DNA of 64,000 bases from Octopus vulgaris (Eukaryota), in assembly GCA_951406725.2 (NCBI GenBank), contig OX597818.1, positions 96,472,001 through 96,536,000 of the forward strand, given 5' to 3'. Both the position numbers and the translations under genes were made by a program. Numbering within the stretch: the stretch's first letter is position 1; the number at the start of each line of letters is the position of its first letter. The notes under the pieces are model-generated. The model ran no database searches, had not been told where the DNA came from, and worked only from the letters and a program-made list of their open reading frames with translations. This document shows, piece after piece, positions 44,071-57,926 of the stretch.

Positions 44071-44818
44071 TATATATATATATCAAAGCAGAATAATATG
44101 GTCGTAATAACGGTTGTGTAGTTTCATGTATCAAGGTAACGTAATGTTTACTTCAGGGAATCATCTCCAGTGACAGGACAAAACACATTTAACCGTTTCA
44201 ATCTATCTGGAAAGTTTACACCAGAGTAGGGAGGGGAAACTGGTAAAACTGTGGAACTGATAAGATAATCGAAGAGCTGTTAAGTTATCTATAATTCTGT
44301 GTTGGAAATAAGCCAAAGCTGTCTCAGCTTTTCTTTTTTTTTTCCAGAGAACAGAGAAATACCAATGGCGAATCAAGTTTAGAGATCGCTATAAAAATAG
44401 CTCAGTAAGAAAATAGTATCACATATCCAGGATTTACATGAAAAAGGATATCTTTAATATGATAAATTATACGTTTGTAGCAACTGGCAGATAAACTATA
44501 TTCTTTGACATTTGATGTATATATGGGTTTGGATATTTTGATTATGGTTTGCTGAGTTTTTTTTTGTTTTTAATTGACGTTGAAGTCACGCAAAGTATAA
44601 GATTTCTTGAAGAAAGCGGGTTCCACAGCAATTCTTTCTTGCAACTCATTGAAGGAAATTCAGTGAAACTGATAACTGCATTAATTCCTAACAGAATTGC
44701 ACAAATATGTGAATAGTTAAATATACTGAAAGATAACAGATCGTTAAATAAAAAATAGAATGTAGATAGGCTGCTCGATGCATAGATAGATAATTGTAAA
44801 TAGATAGAGAGATGGATG

Positions 44819-44898
<80 letters not shown>

Positions 44899-45699
44899 TG
44901 TTTCTTTATTAGCCACACAGGGCTGCACACAGACAGAACAAATTACAAGGTAGAGCTTTTCTTTTGGGGGTAAAAAGAGGGGGTTGGTTTTCGATCAAAA
45001 GGGATCGTAAAAGGAAAGAAAGAGGACAAAAAAAAGGGGAGGATTTTAAAAAAAAGGTGGGGAGAGGGAAAAGAAAGAAAAGGGGAGAGGAAAAAAAGTT
45101 GATCAATAGGGATCGTAATCACAGAAATGTCAATATGAAGTGTAAAGGGGGGGACAGGTGAGGTTTACCCGTGGAAAGAAAAGCCTACGGAAAAGGCCAC
45201 GGTAACCTCGGTCAATGAAGTCACATGTTATATTTCTTTTTTTTTTTTTTTTTTGCAAATAAGCAATTCTCTGTATTAATTTTTACGGTTCATAGAATCA
45301 TAGTCAAGGTGGCTTCGTCATTCATACGTGCCATCCTTGCTACATTCACCTATCTTTTTTTAAAACATTCACTAGACAAAACTTGCCTCACTACTCTCAC
45401 TTTCCTCTTCAAGTGATACTTGAAGAAGTTGATGAGAGATTGACCAGAGAGGAAAGTGTTTGTCTCTAACCCTTTCAGGCGCGTCCACCAGATACATTCT
45501 TTCGCCATAGCCACAATTATGATAAAAATAGCTCTTCCTTCCCGTTTGAAGGAAGGAGGCGTGACGATATTAACGATAGACTCGGCTGATAAACCGACAC
45601 GTCCCACACGTGACAGCAGTCGTTCGACATAAGCCCACAGGTCGGAAATTGTTGGACACTGCACGATTGCGTGCAGAGCGGTTTCGTCGCTCTGCCCGC

Positions 45700-45700
<1 letters not shown>
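44899..45700 (-). mobile_element. 5'-truncated Tx1/L1-clade LINE 3' end inserted in (TATC)n
   Basis: CGQSDETALHAIVQC zinc knuckle and AKECIWWTR motif, T-rich 3' UTR, AATAAA just before the tail; (GATA)n on both flanks. Confidence 0.8.
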
Positions 45701-45782
<82 letters not shown>

Positions 45783-45819
45783 CAGATAAATCCAAACGTA
45801 CATGTATGCACATATATTT

Positions 45820-45900
<81 letters not shown>

Positions 45901-46344
45901 AAAGCAATTCGTGACCAAGTAAGACCACTTAGAACCAGTGGCATAACTAAGGTCGAGACGACCAAAAGCCAACAGCACGTCAGACGGAAATTCTCACGAG
46001 AACTAGGTATTTTTCATACATGCATAAATACATACATACGTACATACACACACACGCACATACATACATAGTAACAAATAGAGAACGTCCTCGAAAGTGG
46101 CCAATTAGCAGCGTTTATATTTTCAATGTCCTGCACAGATATACTCAGACATATAGAAAACAATACAAAGATGCACTTAACACCATACATACTCATACAC
46201 AACCACTCACACACACGCACACACACACACACATACACACACACGTTCACATATACAAATTCTATCTCTCAGGGCGGCTGTGAAGTTGACATCAGACAAT
46301 ATGGATTGTGATATATAGAAGGTTAAATGAATGGAAACGGTTTT

Positions 46345-47990
46345 CTTGTGAACGGGGTACACAAGTGTAGGGTAGCTTTGATAAACACAGAGAGCATGGT
46401 TAGTGTTGTGGATGTGGGAGGGGAGGGAAGCCACTAGTGGGACAAGGACACGGTCGGGATATTTTGAAATCAATTCCGTGGGGCAGTTACAAGCGGAGAC
46501 GTTTGAGCGGCCAGGGTTGTTGGGCTTGTGGATTTTGGGAAGGAAGTAAATGGTGGGGATGCGTGGAGTGCGGACAATGAGATTAGAGGTGATGGCAGGG
46601 AGACGGGTGAAGATGAGATCATGGATAGTGGAGGACAGTCTGTTGGTAGTTAGGCGTGGGGTTGGAGGACAGAGGGCAACAGAAGGAGATGTCTTGAAGT
46701 TGGCGGAGGGTTTCAGCCTTGTAGAGGTCTGCGCCCCACAGCACCACGGCTCCATCTTTCTCAGTCGGTTTTATGATAATTTCTTTGCGGCATTGGACAC
46801 ATCAAGGGGCCAGGAGATCGGCTGGGGAGATGTTAAAATGTCGGATATGCCTGCGAAAGTTAAACCAGTCCATAACACGTTGGCAGATGCTTGTAAAATG
46901 ATCGACTGCTTGGAACTGGCCAGGTGCTGGCGTCCAGTGGGATGGTCGGCGGCCCAGATCGGTAAAGCAATCTTCTTCATTAGGTGCAGGTAGAGTGTTG
47001 TAGAATAGTGCATATAGCCTGACCAGGCGCACAAAGCTATGAATATCAGCACGGGTCTGATATCCGTTACTTGATGAAGTGAGGGGGATGAAGTGCAGAC
47101 CCCCTATTGAAAACAGAGCGCTCCGCCTCATAGAGGAGATCAGTAGGAATGGTAGCCACAGACTGAAGTGAGGAGGGGGTGGATGAGTTATACGTGGGAG
47201 GGGTGGGAGGGTAGTGGAAGACTAGGAGGAGAGACAGGAGGAGTAAGTGTCTAGTGGGGCTGAAGTAACGGAACAGTTGGGGTGAGGGTGAGGGGTGTAT
47301 CGGGGAGGGATGTGGATAAGGAAGGGGTGGGTGTAGGGGCATCGGGTGGGACAGAATGAAGGACTGAGTAGAGTTTGTGTTATTTAGTGCGAGTGAGGAA
47401 TTCGTGAAAAATATGATATAAATGATTATGAAGCGTAAAGTGGAACGTCCAAGGAAGGGAGGAGAAAAAGGTGGAATAAGCGAGCGGGAGAAGGCGGTCG
47501 AGGGTTTGCATTTTGGAGTGATTAGAACAAATGGTGGCTCGCATAAGGCGGTAGGAAGTAGTATGGAATGTGGGTAGGATGGTAGAAGCAGTGTGGAAAG
47601 TGGGGCGGAAATGGAGGCAGAAGCCTATGGGGGTGAGGAGGTGGTGAAGGCAGCAATTGAGAAAGAAAACGTGGCTAAATAACCGTGTTTTTTTTTTAAT
47701 CCGTAGGGAAAGATTAATAGAAGGTTGAAAGCAGCGGAAAAGAAGCGTGGAAAGGTGTTTCTTTGGGCGGTTGAGAAGGTGGAGGAGGAAGGATTTGTAA
47801 ACGGGCATGCTGGAAAAAGGAGAAAAAAGAAAAAAAGAAGAGGGAAATGCAAAATAATGACGTAAGGATAAAAGTTCAAAAAATTCAAAAGTCGTGAAGA
47901 GAAGAAAAATAAAGGAAAAAAAGAAGAGAAAAGGAGAAGAAAAGAAGAGAAGACATGTGCATACATGGTTAGTTGGGATTGGTGACACCT
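46345..47990 (-). mobile_element. Penelope-like retroelement 5' half (N-terminus plus start of RT), frameshifted
   Basis: SHVFFLNCCLHHLLTPIGF, IIKPTEKDGAVVLW (KADKG motif) and IYFLPKIHKPNNPGR..PTELISKY..LPSHIHNT typical of PLE RT. Confidence 0.85.
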
Positions 47991-48859
47991 CTCATTCGCA
48001 TTTACTTTGTATTGTGCAGCAATAAAAGTCATTTTCTTTTAACACTACCAATTCAAAGCTTCTAGAGTTTTATACATAAAAAAAGAATAGCTAATTATCA
48101 CGCTTAGACATATATAACAAATATGAATATAACATCTTTGCGCATGGTGAGGCAACAGCGCGTGAGGTGTTGGGAATAAAATAAATAATAAAATGTTTAC
48201 ACTCTTAATAGGTTCAAGTTATCACACCATAATCATGTCTATCATCGGTGCAGCAGTCGACACCACTATTGGCGTTAATCAACCACACAGCATCTGACAT
48301 CGAGATTATTGTCATAAGATCTGACGCTGTCCATCTTTGACGTCATCACCACTGAACTTTTGCAGTACACTGTAGCACTTCGTAATCCATTGTGCTTTTG
48401 TCACTACCCCACCGCAAATATCACCATCGCTATCTCTGACATCCACTCCGTTTACACCAACACTTATATCCAATTTTATGCATACATAGATACATAAGTA
48501 CATACATACATACATACATACATACATACATACATACATACATACATACATACATGTATACACACACACACTTATACATAAAAATGTGCATACATATATG
48601 TTCAAACATACACGTATGTTTATAAATACAGATATGAGTGTGTTGATGTGTGTGTATATATATATATATATTTACGCACACACACCCACACGAACACTCA
48701 CGCGCGCATATGCACGCACACACTCACACACACACACGACGGATCTTTCTTTTTTTGTTAGAAACCAACTCCTTCCTTACAGGAAAAATCCAGATAATTA
48801 CAGGCACTTAAAACAGTGTTTTCGTATCTACGTTGGAACACTTGAAAATATATATGACG

Positions 48860-50170
48860 TTGAATTCTTTGATATCACAATTCTACACGAAGTTATCGTT
48901 TTCTTCGAGCTTACTGAAACTCATGCAATATCACCCATTAATGAAATGTGCTTAAACTCAGCCATTGGCTCTGATAGATTTCTTGCAATACTCCTAAAAT
49001 AATGGGAAAAGGGCTTTGGCAAGAAACTCCAGATCCAATTCCAAAGCTTCATAACGAGTAGCAGACAGTTGTGGCAAAAGAGTCAGCAGAAGGAGGGCAT
49101 AATATGCCCTTTCCATAAGAGAGAAAGCAGAACAGATATTAAAAATTATAGGCATGTCTCTCTAACGTCACCTATCAGCAAAGCCTTGGCAAGATTTGTT
49201 AGGAGGAAGCTGAACACTTTCCTAGAAGTTAATGACTTACTTCCTGATAAACAGCATAGCTTCCGCTCAGGAAGAAGCTGCCTTGCACAGCTGATACAGC
49301 ATTATCACTGGGTATTGAAACAATTTAAGAATAGCTCAAACATAGATGTGATATATCTCGATTTTACAAAGGCCTTTGATGAGATTCATCGCAGGATGAT
49401 ATGCCACAAGTCGAGAGGACTCGGAATAGCTGGAAAACTTGGGAGAGTGATTACATGACTGGGAGAAAATTGGGAGAGTGGTTAGAAGTCAAGTTGTAGT
49501 AGACAATGAAGCCTTCTGCAAGGAAACATTAATAGTTAGTGGAATGCATCAGGGAATTGTCTTGGCTGCTGCTATTGGTGGTGGCCCTCTCAGATATGCT
49601 GTCAGTTATAGAGGCAGCTTCTCTTACCAGCTATGCTGCCTGCATCACTGAAACAATTAAACTACTTGGAGAGACTGAAATAATTATGACTCTATTCCCT
49701 GGAACGAAAACAGTAGAAATATAAAATGATGTACATATGCGAGAGGTCCCGGGTTCATTTCCCGGTCGAGCCCACTCATCTTTCTTTTAAACGGCGGTGC
49801 ATCAGCATGGCCGCAGCTCTGAGCTGAAACTAGAGAGAAAAAAATATGTAAGATCCTTGAGTGACAGCACCATGGTGTCCAGAGACATATCAGCTCCTGA
49901 ACAAAGCTAGCTCCACTGCACTGTTCCAAAGGTCCCACCCAACTCGCCTGGAATAAGGACCAGGTACTGCAATAGCTTGGGATTCAAAGGTCCACAGCTA
50001 TTTAATATCTTACCAAGATAAAACCTGAGATATTTACATGGAGTCGGGATAATCTTTTTCAAGAAGCACCGTAACCTCCTGCTGTCCAAGATCGCTGATG
50101 AACCTACATCACGGAAAGAACTTTAAGCAAGGGCAATAATATTAAACTCTCTTTCATCAAAAAACAACCA
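48860..50170 (+). mobile_element. CR1-like LINE RT / C-terminal remnant, interrupted by a SINE tail at 49740-49840
   Basis: ICPFHK..NYRHVSLTS..QHSFRSGRSC..DVIYLDFTKAFD, and C-terminal GPQLFNILP..LLSKIADEP. Confidence 0.85.
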
Positions 50171-50389
50171 GCACGACCACAGTCTTTGGGCTATAACTCA
50201 TAAAAGAATAAAACATATCTATGTTTATTTACATAAATGCATTTATGTATAGCTTTACTAGAAAAAGGTTGACAGTCACATCAAATCTTTGAAGTTTCAG
50301 CTTATTGACGTTAACAAAAGTGATTAAGTTTGGTTTCTCCAAACCTTCTGCTCGATCATGTTTCATATGGGAATTGTTGTTTGTTCCTT

Positions 50390-50645
50390 CTCAAGCCATA
50401 CCTGGCTTATAGGGCCGGTTTCCTTGGCGTATACGTTTTCCACCTGGACGAGACGCCGGTCCGTCGCAGAGTGAGAAAAAGTTGTGGCGAAAGAATCAGC
50501 AGAAGTTCGCCATTACCTTCTGCCGGAGCCGCGTGGAGCTTAGGTGTTTTGCTCATAGACACACACATCGCCCAGCCTGAGATTCGAACCCGCAATCCCT
50601 CGACCGCGAGTCTGCTGCTCTAACCACTAGGCCATGTTCCTCCAC
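50390..50645 (-). mobile_element. older SINE, head A plus tail T2
   Basis: Reverse complement of the 22122 family. Confidence 0.75.
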
Positions 50646-50959
50646 TACATATGTGAATTAAGTATGGTATATATGAATTCGTTCGGCGGAGTAGAAGGAT
50701 TTATAGAAAAAGGTGTGAAAGAAATTTAGCCGATAGCGATTAACCCAGTAGTACTTGAATTATTTTATAGACCATCAAGGAAACAACGTACTGCTTCATT
50801 CAAGAACTGAACTTACTACATTATGATCGTAAACCAGACCACAACTAAAAAGGAATTGTTATCTAATTGCATAGAAATATAATTGCCAATCGTCACCCAC
50901 GAGTGAGTATAGCTTCATAACATGTTATTCGTTCAGTAATTGCTGATATATATATATGT

Positions 50960-51018
<59 letters not shown>

Positions 51019-51049
51019 CGTGTATACACATACATATGTTTATATGTAT

Positions 51050-51336
51050 GTACAGCAAAAATTTAGATTCAAATGAATATGGTACTTAAGTTAAAGGCAC
51101 CAGAATTTGGTATGGTATTATCCCATATAAATCAAATGGGGTGATTATATTCAAAATAAGCAACAAGTATATCCAAGGTAGTGTAATACAATCGTTTCAT
51201 GCTACTTCATTTAATTAAAAAATGTAAGGATTACATCAATTTTAAAATGTAATACATTGTTTAATTAAATGATGTAGTATGAAACGATTGTACTACACTA
51301 CCTTGGATATCCGTGTTGCTTATTTTGAACATAATC

Positions 51337-51340
<4 letters not shown>
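51050..51340. repeat. fold-back insert 4 (about 95-bp imperfect arms), probably PLE-related
   Basis: 51139-51236 is inverted to 51247-51340; extra tail 51050-51138; (TA)n at right and (TA)n(TG)n at left. Confidence 0.8.
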
Positions 51341-51390
<50 letters not shown>

Positions 51391-51394
<4 letters not shown>

Positions 51395-51524
51395 TCTTTA
51401 TTACCCACAAGGGGCTAAACATAGAGGGGACAAACAAAGACAGACAAACGGATTAAGTCGATTATATCGACCCCGAAAGGATGAAAGGCAAAGTCGACCT
51501 CGGCGGAATTTGAACTCAGAACGT

Positions 51525-51525
<1 letters not shown>
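51391..51525 (-). mobile_element. SINE family D fragment in (TA)n
   Basis: Reverse complement of the 2874 3' half. Confidence 0.8.
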
Positions 51526-51559
<34 letters not shown>

Positions 51560-53150
51560 GCACGCAGACACGCACACACACATACACACACACAAACACA
51601 CACACATAAATGGATGTTTTGCTGCTACTGCTGTCGTTGTTCAAGTCCATGATAGAGTTAGTTCAAACTTTTAAAATTAACATAACAAAATAGTCATTAG
51701 CTACGAAGCTGTGCTCCTGCTGCTTGCAATAAGATTTTCTTGCCATTATATACTGAATGTGAAGCCAAGCAGCTAAATCAGGAAAACGTTTTAACCACGA
51801 CACAACATGCGCATAAGAGGTGAGATATAAACCATTTGAATTCAGCCTGGCAGTCCGACAATTCAATGATTTATTAGATGTAACCTTCGAATGTGTTCAC
51901 GCTGGTATATTTCATGATTAAAATAGCAGCAGGAATCACAACTGGTCTACGACACAAGATACACTTGACTATCGTGTTGAATGATATTTGGTTGCATTGG
52001 TGTCATATAAACATGACACAACATGGTGATAGATATTTTGGTGTACTGAAAACAGTTGATGACGTGGGAGTATATAAGGAGCATGATTATAACACCTTTT
52101 GTTCGCTTCAGAAAATCAAATGCTTTGTTTGTAGCGACCGATGAAAATAATATTTAGGTCACCAAACGAGAAGGACAAACGTTAACAGAAAGAAAAGGTT
52201 ACCAGAATGACAACAACTAGTAGATATTGATACGTAGGTGACGTAAATTATGGCTTATAGGTCGAAACAAAGGTTATACTGTCGGAAGGTAACCCTTATG
52301 ATATATGATATACATACATGCATCTCATACACCATACATGTATACATACACGTATGTATATATGTATATATATTTAAATATGTGTGCGTGTCTATATGTT
52401 ATTTGTAATGCTAAATGTGTGTACATATATATATCCTTTTACTTGTTGCAGCATTTTACTGCGGCCATGCTGGAGCACCGCCTTTATTCGAACGAATCGA
52501 CCCCAGGACTTATTTTTTGTAAAAGCATAATACTTATTCTATCGGGTTCTAATGTCGAACCGCATATATATAGACATACATACAGACATACAACCACACA
52601 CACAAACATACGCACACATATATACATATATATAACCAACCGGTGTTGGTTTCTTTATGTCTCTGAAACATAGCGGTTCAGCAAAAAGTATGATATAATA
52701 AGTGCCAGTCCTGAAAAATGTAGGGCGGATGTCGATTTGTTCGACTAAAGCCTTGAAGCGGTGTCCCACCATGGCCACTGTCCAATGATTGAAACAAGTA
52801 AAAGAAAAATGGTCAATGTCCATCAAATCTAATCTACCGCCTGTAGAAAAGGAAGGATATGATGGAAAATATAATCACGAATACATTATATTTTTAAAAA
52901 TATCATAAGCAAAAGCTGTGAGAAAGAATGCAATGATCACGGCTTGAATGCCTTTAATCATAGATCTTTTCAATCAAGGCTGACCATGAGGAAAGCAACA
53001 ACAACAATAGCAATAACAACAATAACAACAGTAATATGTTAGTATGTTAGCAAACCCCTAGGAACTTGCTTTTCTTAATTCATTGTCATGTAATAATTCA
53101 CTTCATATCCATTTTATTTCAAAATACGAGCATGTAAGCATATAAGCAAG

Positions 53151-53211
<61 letters not shown>

Positions 53212-53427
53212 TCCCCGAAGCCTAAAGACTCTCGCGGCCATAAATATAAACGTTTCGCAACCACATGGCTTCGGTTTCAGTCCCACTGCATGCCACCTTG
53301 AGCAAGTGCCTTCTATTATAGCCTCGGGCCGACCAAAGACTTGTGAGTGGATTTGGTAGACGCTTACCTTTACAGCATTTCCTAGGACCCTAAACCCGTT
53401 GATGTATGGCCTCTCTAGAAAATGAAG

Positions 53428-53569
53428 GAGGGAATGGCTGTGTGGTAAGTAGCTTGCTTACGAACCACATAGTTCCGGGCTCACTCCCACTGCGTGACAC
53501 CTCGGGTCGACCAGAGCATTGTGAGTGGATTTGATAGACGGAAACTGAAAGCCGCCCGTCGTGTAAATG

Positions 53570-53616
<47 letters not shown>

Positions 53617-53795
53617 CGCTTGACGACCGATGCTGGTGTGTTTACGTCTCCCTAACTTAGCGGTTCAGCAAAAGAGGCCGATAGAATAAGTACTAGACTT
53701 ACAAAGAATAAGTCCTGGGGTCGATTTGTTCGACTAAAGGCGGTGCTCCAGCATAGCCATAGTCAAATGACTGAAACAAGTAAAAGAGTGAAAGA
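53428..53795 (+). mobile_element. SINE family C copy with internal (CA)n
   Basis: Matches the 35886 copy; an additional head fragment lies at 53255-53362. Confidence 0.85.
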
Positions 53796-54025
53796 ATAAG
53801 AAGGGATTTTTTTGTACTTGAGGAAATTCCCGCTGGCGTCCTGGAATTAACCAGCTGACAGGCTCAATTACAGATAGCGGTCTAAAGGAGAGAATCCCTT
53901 GTTTTTCCTCCTCTATCTTCTATTGAGGTCACTTACCAGAGAAGCCATTGGCCGACAGGCTTAGGGTCTAAAAAAACGCTGTAAAGCTAAGCGCATTATG
54001 GAGGTGTAACTCCATACTCTGACCA

Positions 54026-54115
<90 letters not shown>

Positions 54116-54519
54116 GCAAAAACTATGTTTGTGTGTGCGTATGTGTGTGTGTGTGTGTGTGCGTGTGCGTGCGCGCGTGTGTGTATCTGTGCGTGCGTGT
54201 GTGTGTGTTTGTGTGTACATACTTATAATCGTTCTGCATGAGGATGATTGATTACCCACAATGCAATAATAAAACTCTTAGTGAAGGACTGTAAATTAGT
54301 AGCTTGCTCATGACAAAACGTGGTCTACCTCTGATCATCAGACTGCAGTAGTGAACTTGCAACGTCGACTGATGACGTTAGCGATAGACAAATATTGGGC
54401 CCCAACCAAAGTAGCAGAACTGCAATTGGGTCAGGGTGGTGACACGGCTAATAATGAGAATATTCAATTTGTCCTTCATTAAACATACCTTCAGCCACAA
54501 GCTACAATACTTATAAATA

Positions 54520-54965
54520 ACCAAAATGAGAAGCCCTCACAAAATAGCAAGTGATATATAATATGGTTCAATCCGCCATATAGTGTGACTATAAAATCAA
54601 CAAAGCAAGATATTTCTTACAATTTATTACTCAAACAATGGAGTTTAAAATGTCCCTAAAACTTGGAGCATACAAAATACAACACTATGTACACTAATGA
54701 GGCAAAAACATACATATGCTTTTTGGTTAATATTTACGTACTAACCCGACCACTGAGTTGTTATGAAATTTCGATCCAGAGAATAAAGAAAGCAATATTT
54801 CGGTTCAAAAATCTAGAGTAGCATTCGTTATGCTTCAACAATCATTGAGTTTCATCGAATGTGATGGCGTCTAGACCAACGAGAAAAATTTGCATGATGA
54901 CCAAGTATTCATAAGTAGTGTCTTAAAAAGAAATACTGAAGCTCATTACCACACTGCTATCTACA
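54520..54965 (+). mobile_element. very old Penelope-like (Neptune-type) remnant
   Basis: ATAATATGGTTCAATCCGCCATATAGT translates to IIWFNPPYS, a PLE RT-to-endonuclease linker signature. Confidence 0.5.
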
Positions 54966-55076
54966 TATCCTTGTATATATGAGATTAAATAAATGACAAC
55001 ACATGCACAGACACAAGCACACGCGAGCACACTCTCTTTCTCTCACTCACTCACACAGGCACCTATACACAGGCAT

Positions 55077-55115
<39 letters not shown>

Positions 55116-55117
55116 TA

Positions 55118-55153
<36 letters not shown>

Positions 55154-55179
55154 TGTATGTATGTATGTATCGGCGTATG

Positions 55180-55590
55180 CGAGTGGATTTGGAAGATGGA
55201 AATTGAAAGAAGCTCGTCATGTATATATATATATATATATATCTGTGTGTTTGTCCCCACTATCGCTTGACACCCGATATTGATGTGTGTCTACGTCACC
55301 GTAACTTAGCGGTTCGACATAGAGACCGATAGTATAAGTACCTGGCTTACAAAGAATAAGTCCATGAGGCAATTTCTTCGACTAAAAGGCGGTGCTGCAG
55401 CATGGCCACAGTCCTGAAACAAATAAAAGAATAAACAAATATATATATTTAGCGGTTCGACATAGAGACCGATAGTATAAGTACCTGGCTTACAAAGAAT
55501 AAGTCCATGAGGCAATTTCTTCGACTAAAAGGCGGTGCTGCAGCATGGCCACAGTGCCTGAAACAAATAAAAGAATAAACAAATATATAT
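55180..55590 (+). mobile_element. SINE family C 3' part with a 143-bp tandem duplication
   Basis: 55306-55448 is repeated at 55449-~55592. Confidence 0.8.
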
Positions 55591-55674
55591 ATGTATGTAT
55601 TCGTGTGTCCGTGTTCGTCCCCCCCCCCCACCTCACTACCGCCATCGCTTGAAAACCGATCTTGGTGTATGTTT

Positions 55675-55983
55675 ACCATGGGATTGCACCTAGGAAGTTA
55701 CCCTCCTAGGCACAAGTCCAGGCAAAGTTGTTTATGGAAGACCAGTAGTCGCCCATGCATACCGGCCTTCCCTCTCCACGCCACCGATGTTATCCTAGGG
55801 AAAGGCAAAGGCCGATACAGCTTGGCACCTGTGACGTCGCAACTCATTTCTACAGCTGAATGAACTGGAGCAACCTGAAATAATGTGTCTTGCTCAAGAA
55901 CACAACACGCAGCCCGGTCCGGGATTCGAACTTACAACCTCACAATCGTAAGCTCGATGCTCTAACCACTGAGCCATGTTCCT
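55675..55983 (-). mobile_element. SINE, head B plus tail T3
   Basis: Matches the 42706 copy. Confidence 0.85.
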
Positions 55984-56009
55984 TCACACATACATATATA
56001 TACATATAT

Positions 56010-57035
56010 ATACGACAGGTGACTACACAGTTTCCACCTACCAAGTTTACCCACAAGTCATTGGTCGGCTGGTGACTTTAGTAGAAGACACGTGCCCAAG
56101 GTTCCGCGCAGTGAGATTGACCCCGAGACCACGTAGTTACAAAGTGGTCTACTTAACCACTCAACCATGTGTACTAAAACTAATTCGATCACGCAGAGAC
56201 TTTAATTATTTCTACTCCCAGATCAAAATCAATCATTCAGAGATTTTAATTCCTGCATAGTCCAAGATCAATTCTAATCAACACGACCAATGCCTACAGT
56301 TATTCCAGCTATGAACATCCTAACGTTTTAGATATCTTGGACAAAATTAACTTCTGTGCCCTTCAAGTACTTTTAATAATTATATTGCGTCCTTGGTTTG
56401 ACATTTTGGCTGTTATACCCATGAGGGACAGTGAAAATAAAGGACGCCCTAGATACTCGTATTTCATCCAGCATAGGTAATACTTTCGGTGTCTTGACAA
56501 CGATGTAATGTATCATTGACACAATCCGACTACTGTAATAATTCACCTGAATTTGAAACGCCTACAGCGTAATGCAAAGCATGTGTGTGCATGCTTCGTA
56601 TATTGTAATTTTCATCGGATATTTAGCTGTTATATCTATGAGGAGAAATGAACGCCAAGTGGGTGCAGTCATACCTGTGTGGTTAAGAAGCTTGTTTTGC
56701 AGCATCGTGGTTTCGAATACAGTTCCACAGCACGACACCTTGGGATAGATTTCTATAGTTCCCGGAGGCCAATGCCTTCAGAAGGGATTTGATAGACGGA
56801 AATTATGGAAGCTCATCATGTACACGTGTGGGCGTGTACATGCGCGCGCGCGCGCGTGTGCTTATGTTTTTAGCCCCCTTCCCATGACCGTCTACGTCTT
56901 AGCAGTTCGGCAAATGTGACGATAGAATAGATATCAGGCTTGAAAAAATAAGTGCTGCGGAAGATTTGCTCGTCTAAACCCTTCAAGGATACCCCAGCAT
57001 GGCCATAGTCTTATGAATGAAACAAATAAAAAGAT
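56010..57035. mobile_element. two old SINE family C copies (56010-56170 minus, 56670-57035 plus)
   Basis: Degenerate family C head and tail blocks. Confidence 0.6.
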
Positions 57036-57642
57036 CAGATATTTGACTGTTATGTCTTAGAGGCGAAGTGAACACGAACAAGGCTCCCTCGAAGCTTATA
57101 TGTCACCTAATATAGTTAATATTTTTGGTGTATTCGCAATAACGTATTGTATATGTAAACACAATACAAGTATAATTCATTTGAATTCACAATGCCGAGA
57201 GCGAAACTTTTTCTAAAAAAATCTCAATGATCATACATAGTATTCTCTAATGTTCATCAGTTACAAAATTACGATTGATTGAATGGACGATCCTGTCCTC
57301 AATCCCAGAGTAACGTATGGTGAGGTCTGGTTGAATTCTCTCGGGGCTCATTTCAGGAACGTATAAATTAAAATGTTAAATTTAATTATATTTTATGTTG
57401 GTTTCAGAAAAATCATTGGATGTATGAAGAAAGAATAAGAATATATTGTTTATATTTTCTTTTTTACTTTATTAAGTGGGTGAAAATTGATGCAGTAAGT
57501 GGAAATTATCTCAAATGATTTAGAATGAAAATTGGGTCGAGTGAGAGAGAGATTAAAGACAGCTCGAAGCAGTTAAAACGTCAATTGTATAGCGAATACA
57601 TTGTATGCGTACACATACATAACACACACACACGCACACATA

Positions 57643-57697
<55 letters not shown>

Positions 57698-57843
57698 ATG
57701 GGGCGGAGTAGCATGTATTTATGTAAGCATGTATGTATGCATACATATAGGATTGGCACATATGTGAGATATTCATTCTAGAAAATCTAAGTGGAGAATC
57801 TTAGAAATGTTTGCAAACATGAATATATATGTGTATGGCTGTA

Positions 57844-57926
<83 letters not shown>

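Noticed and set aside
45895-46010. GACC..GGTC-GAGAC hammerhead-like fragment after (TA)n
   Set aside because: No core and no stem I or III pairing found.
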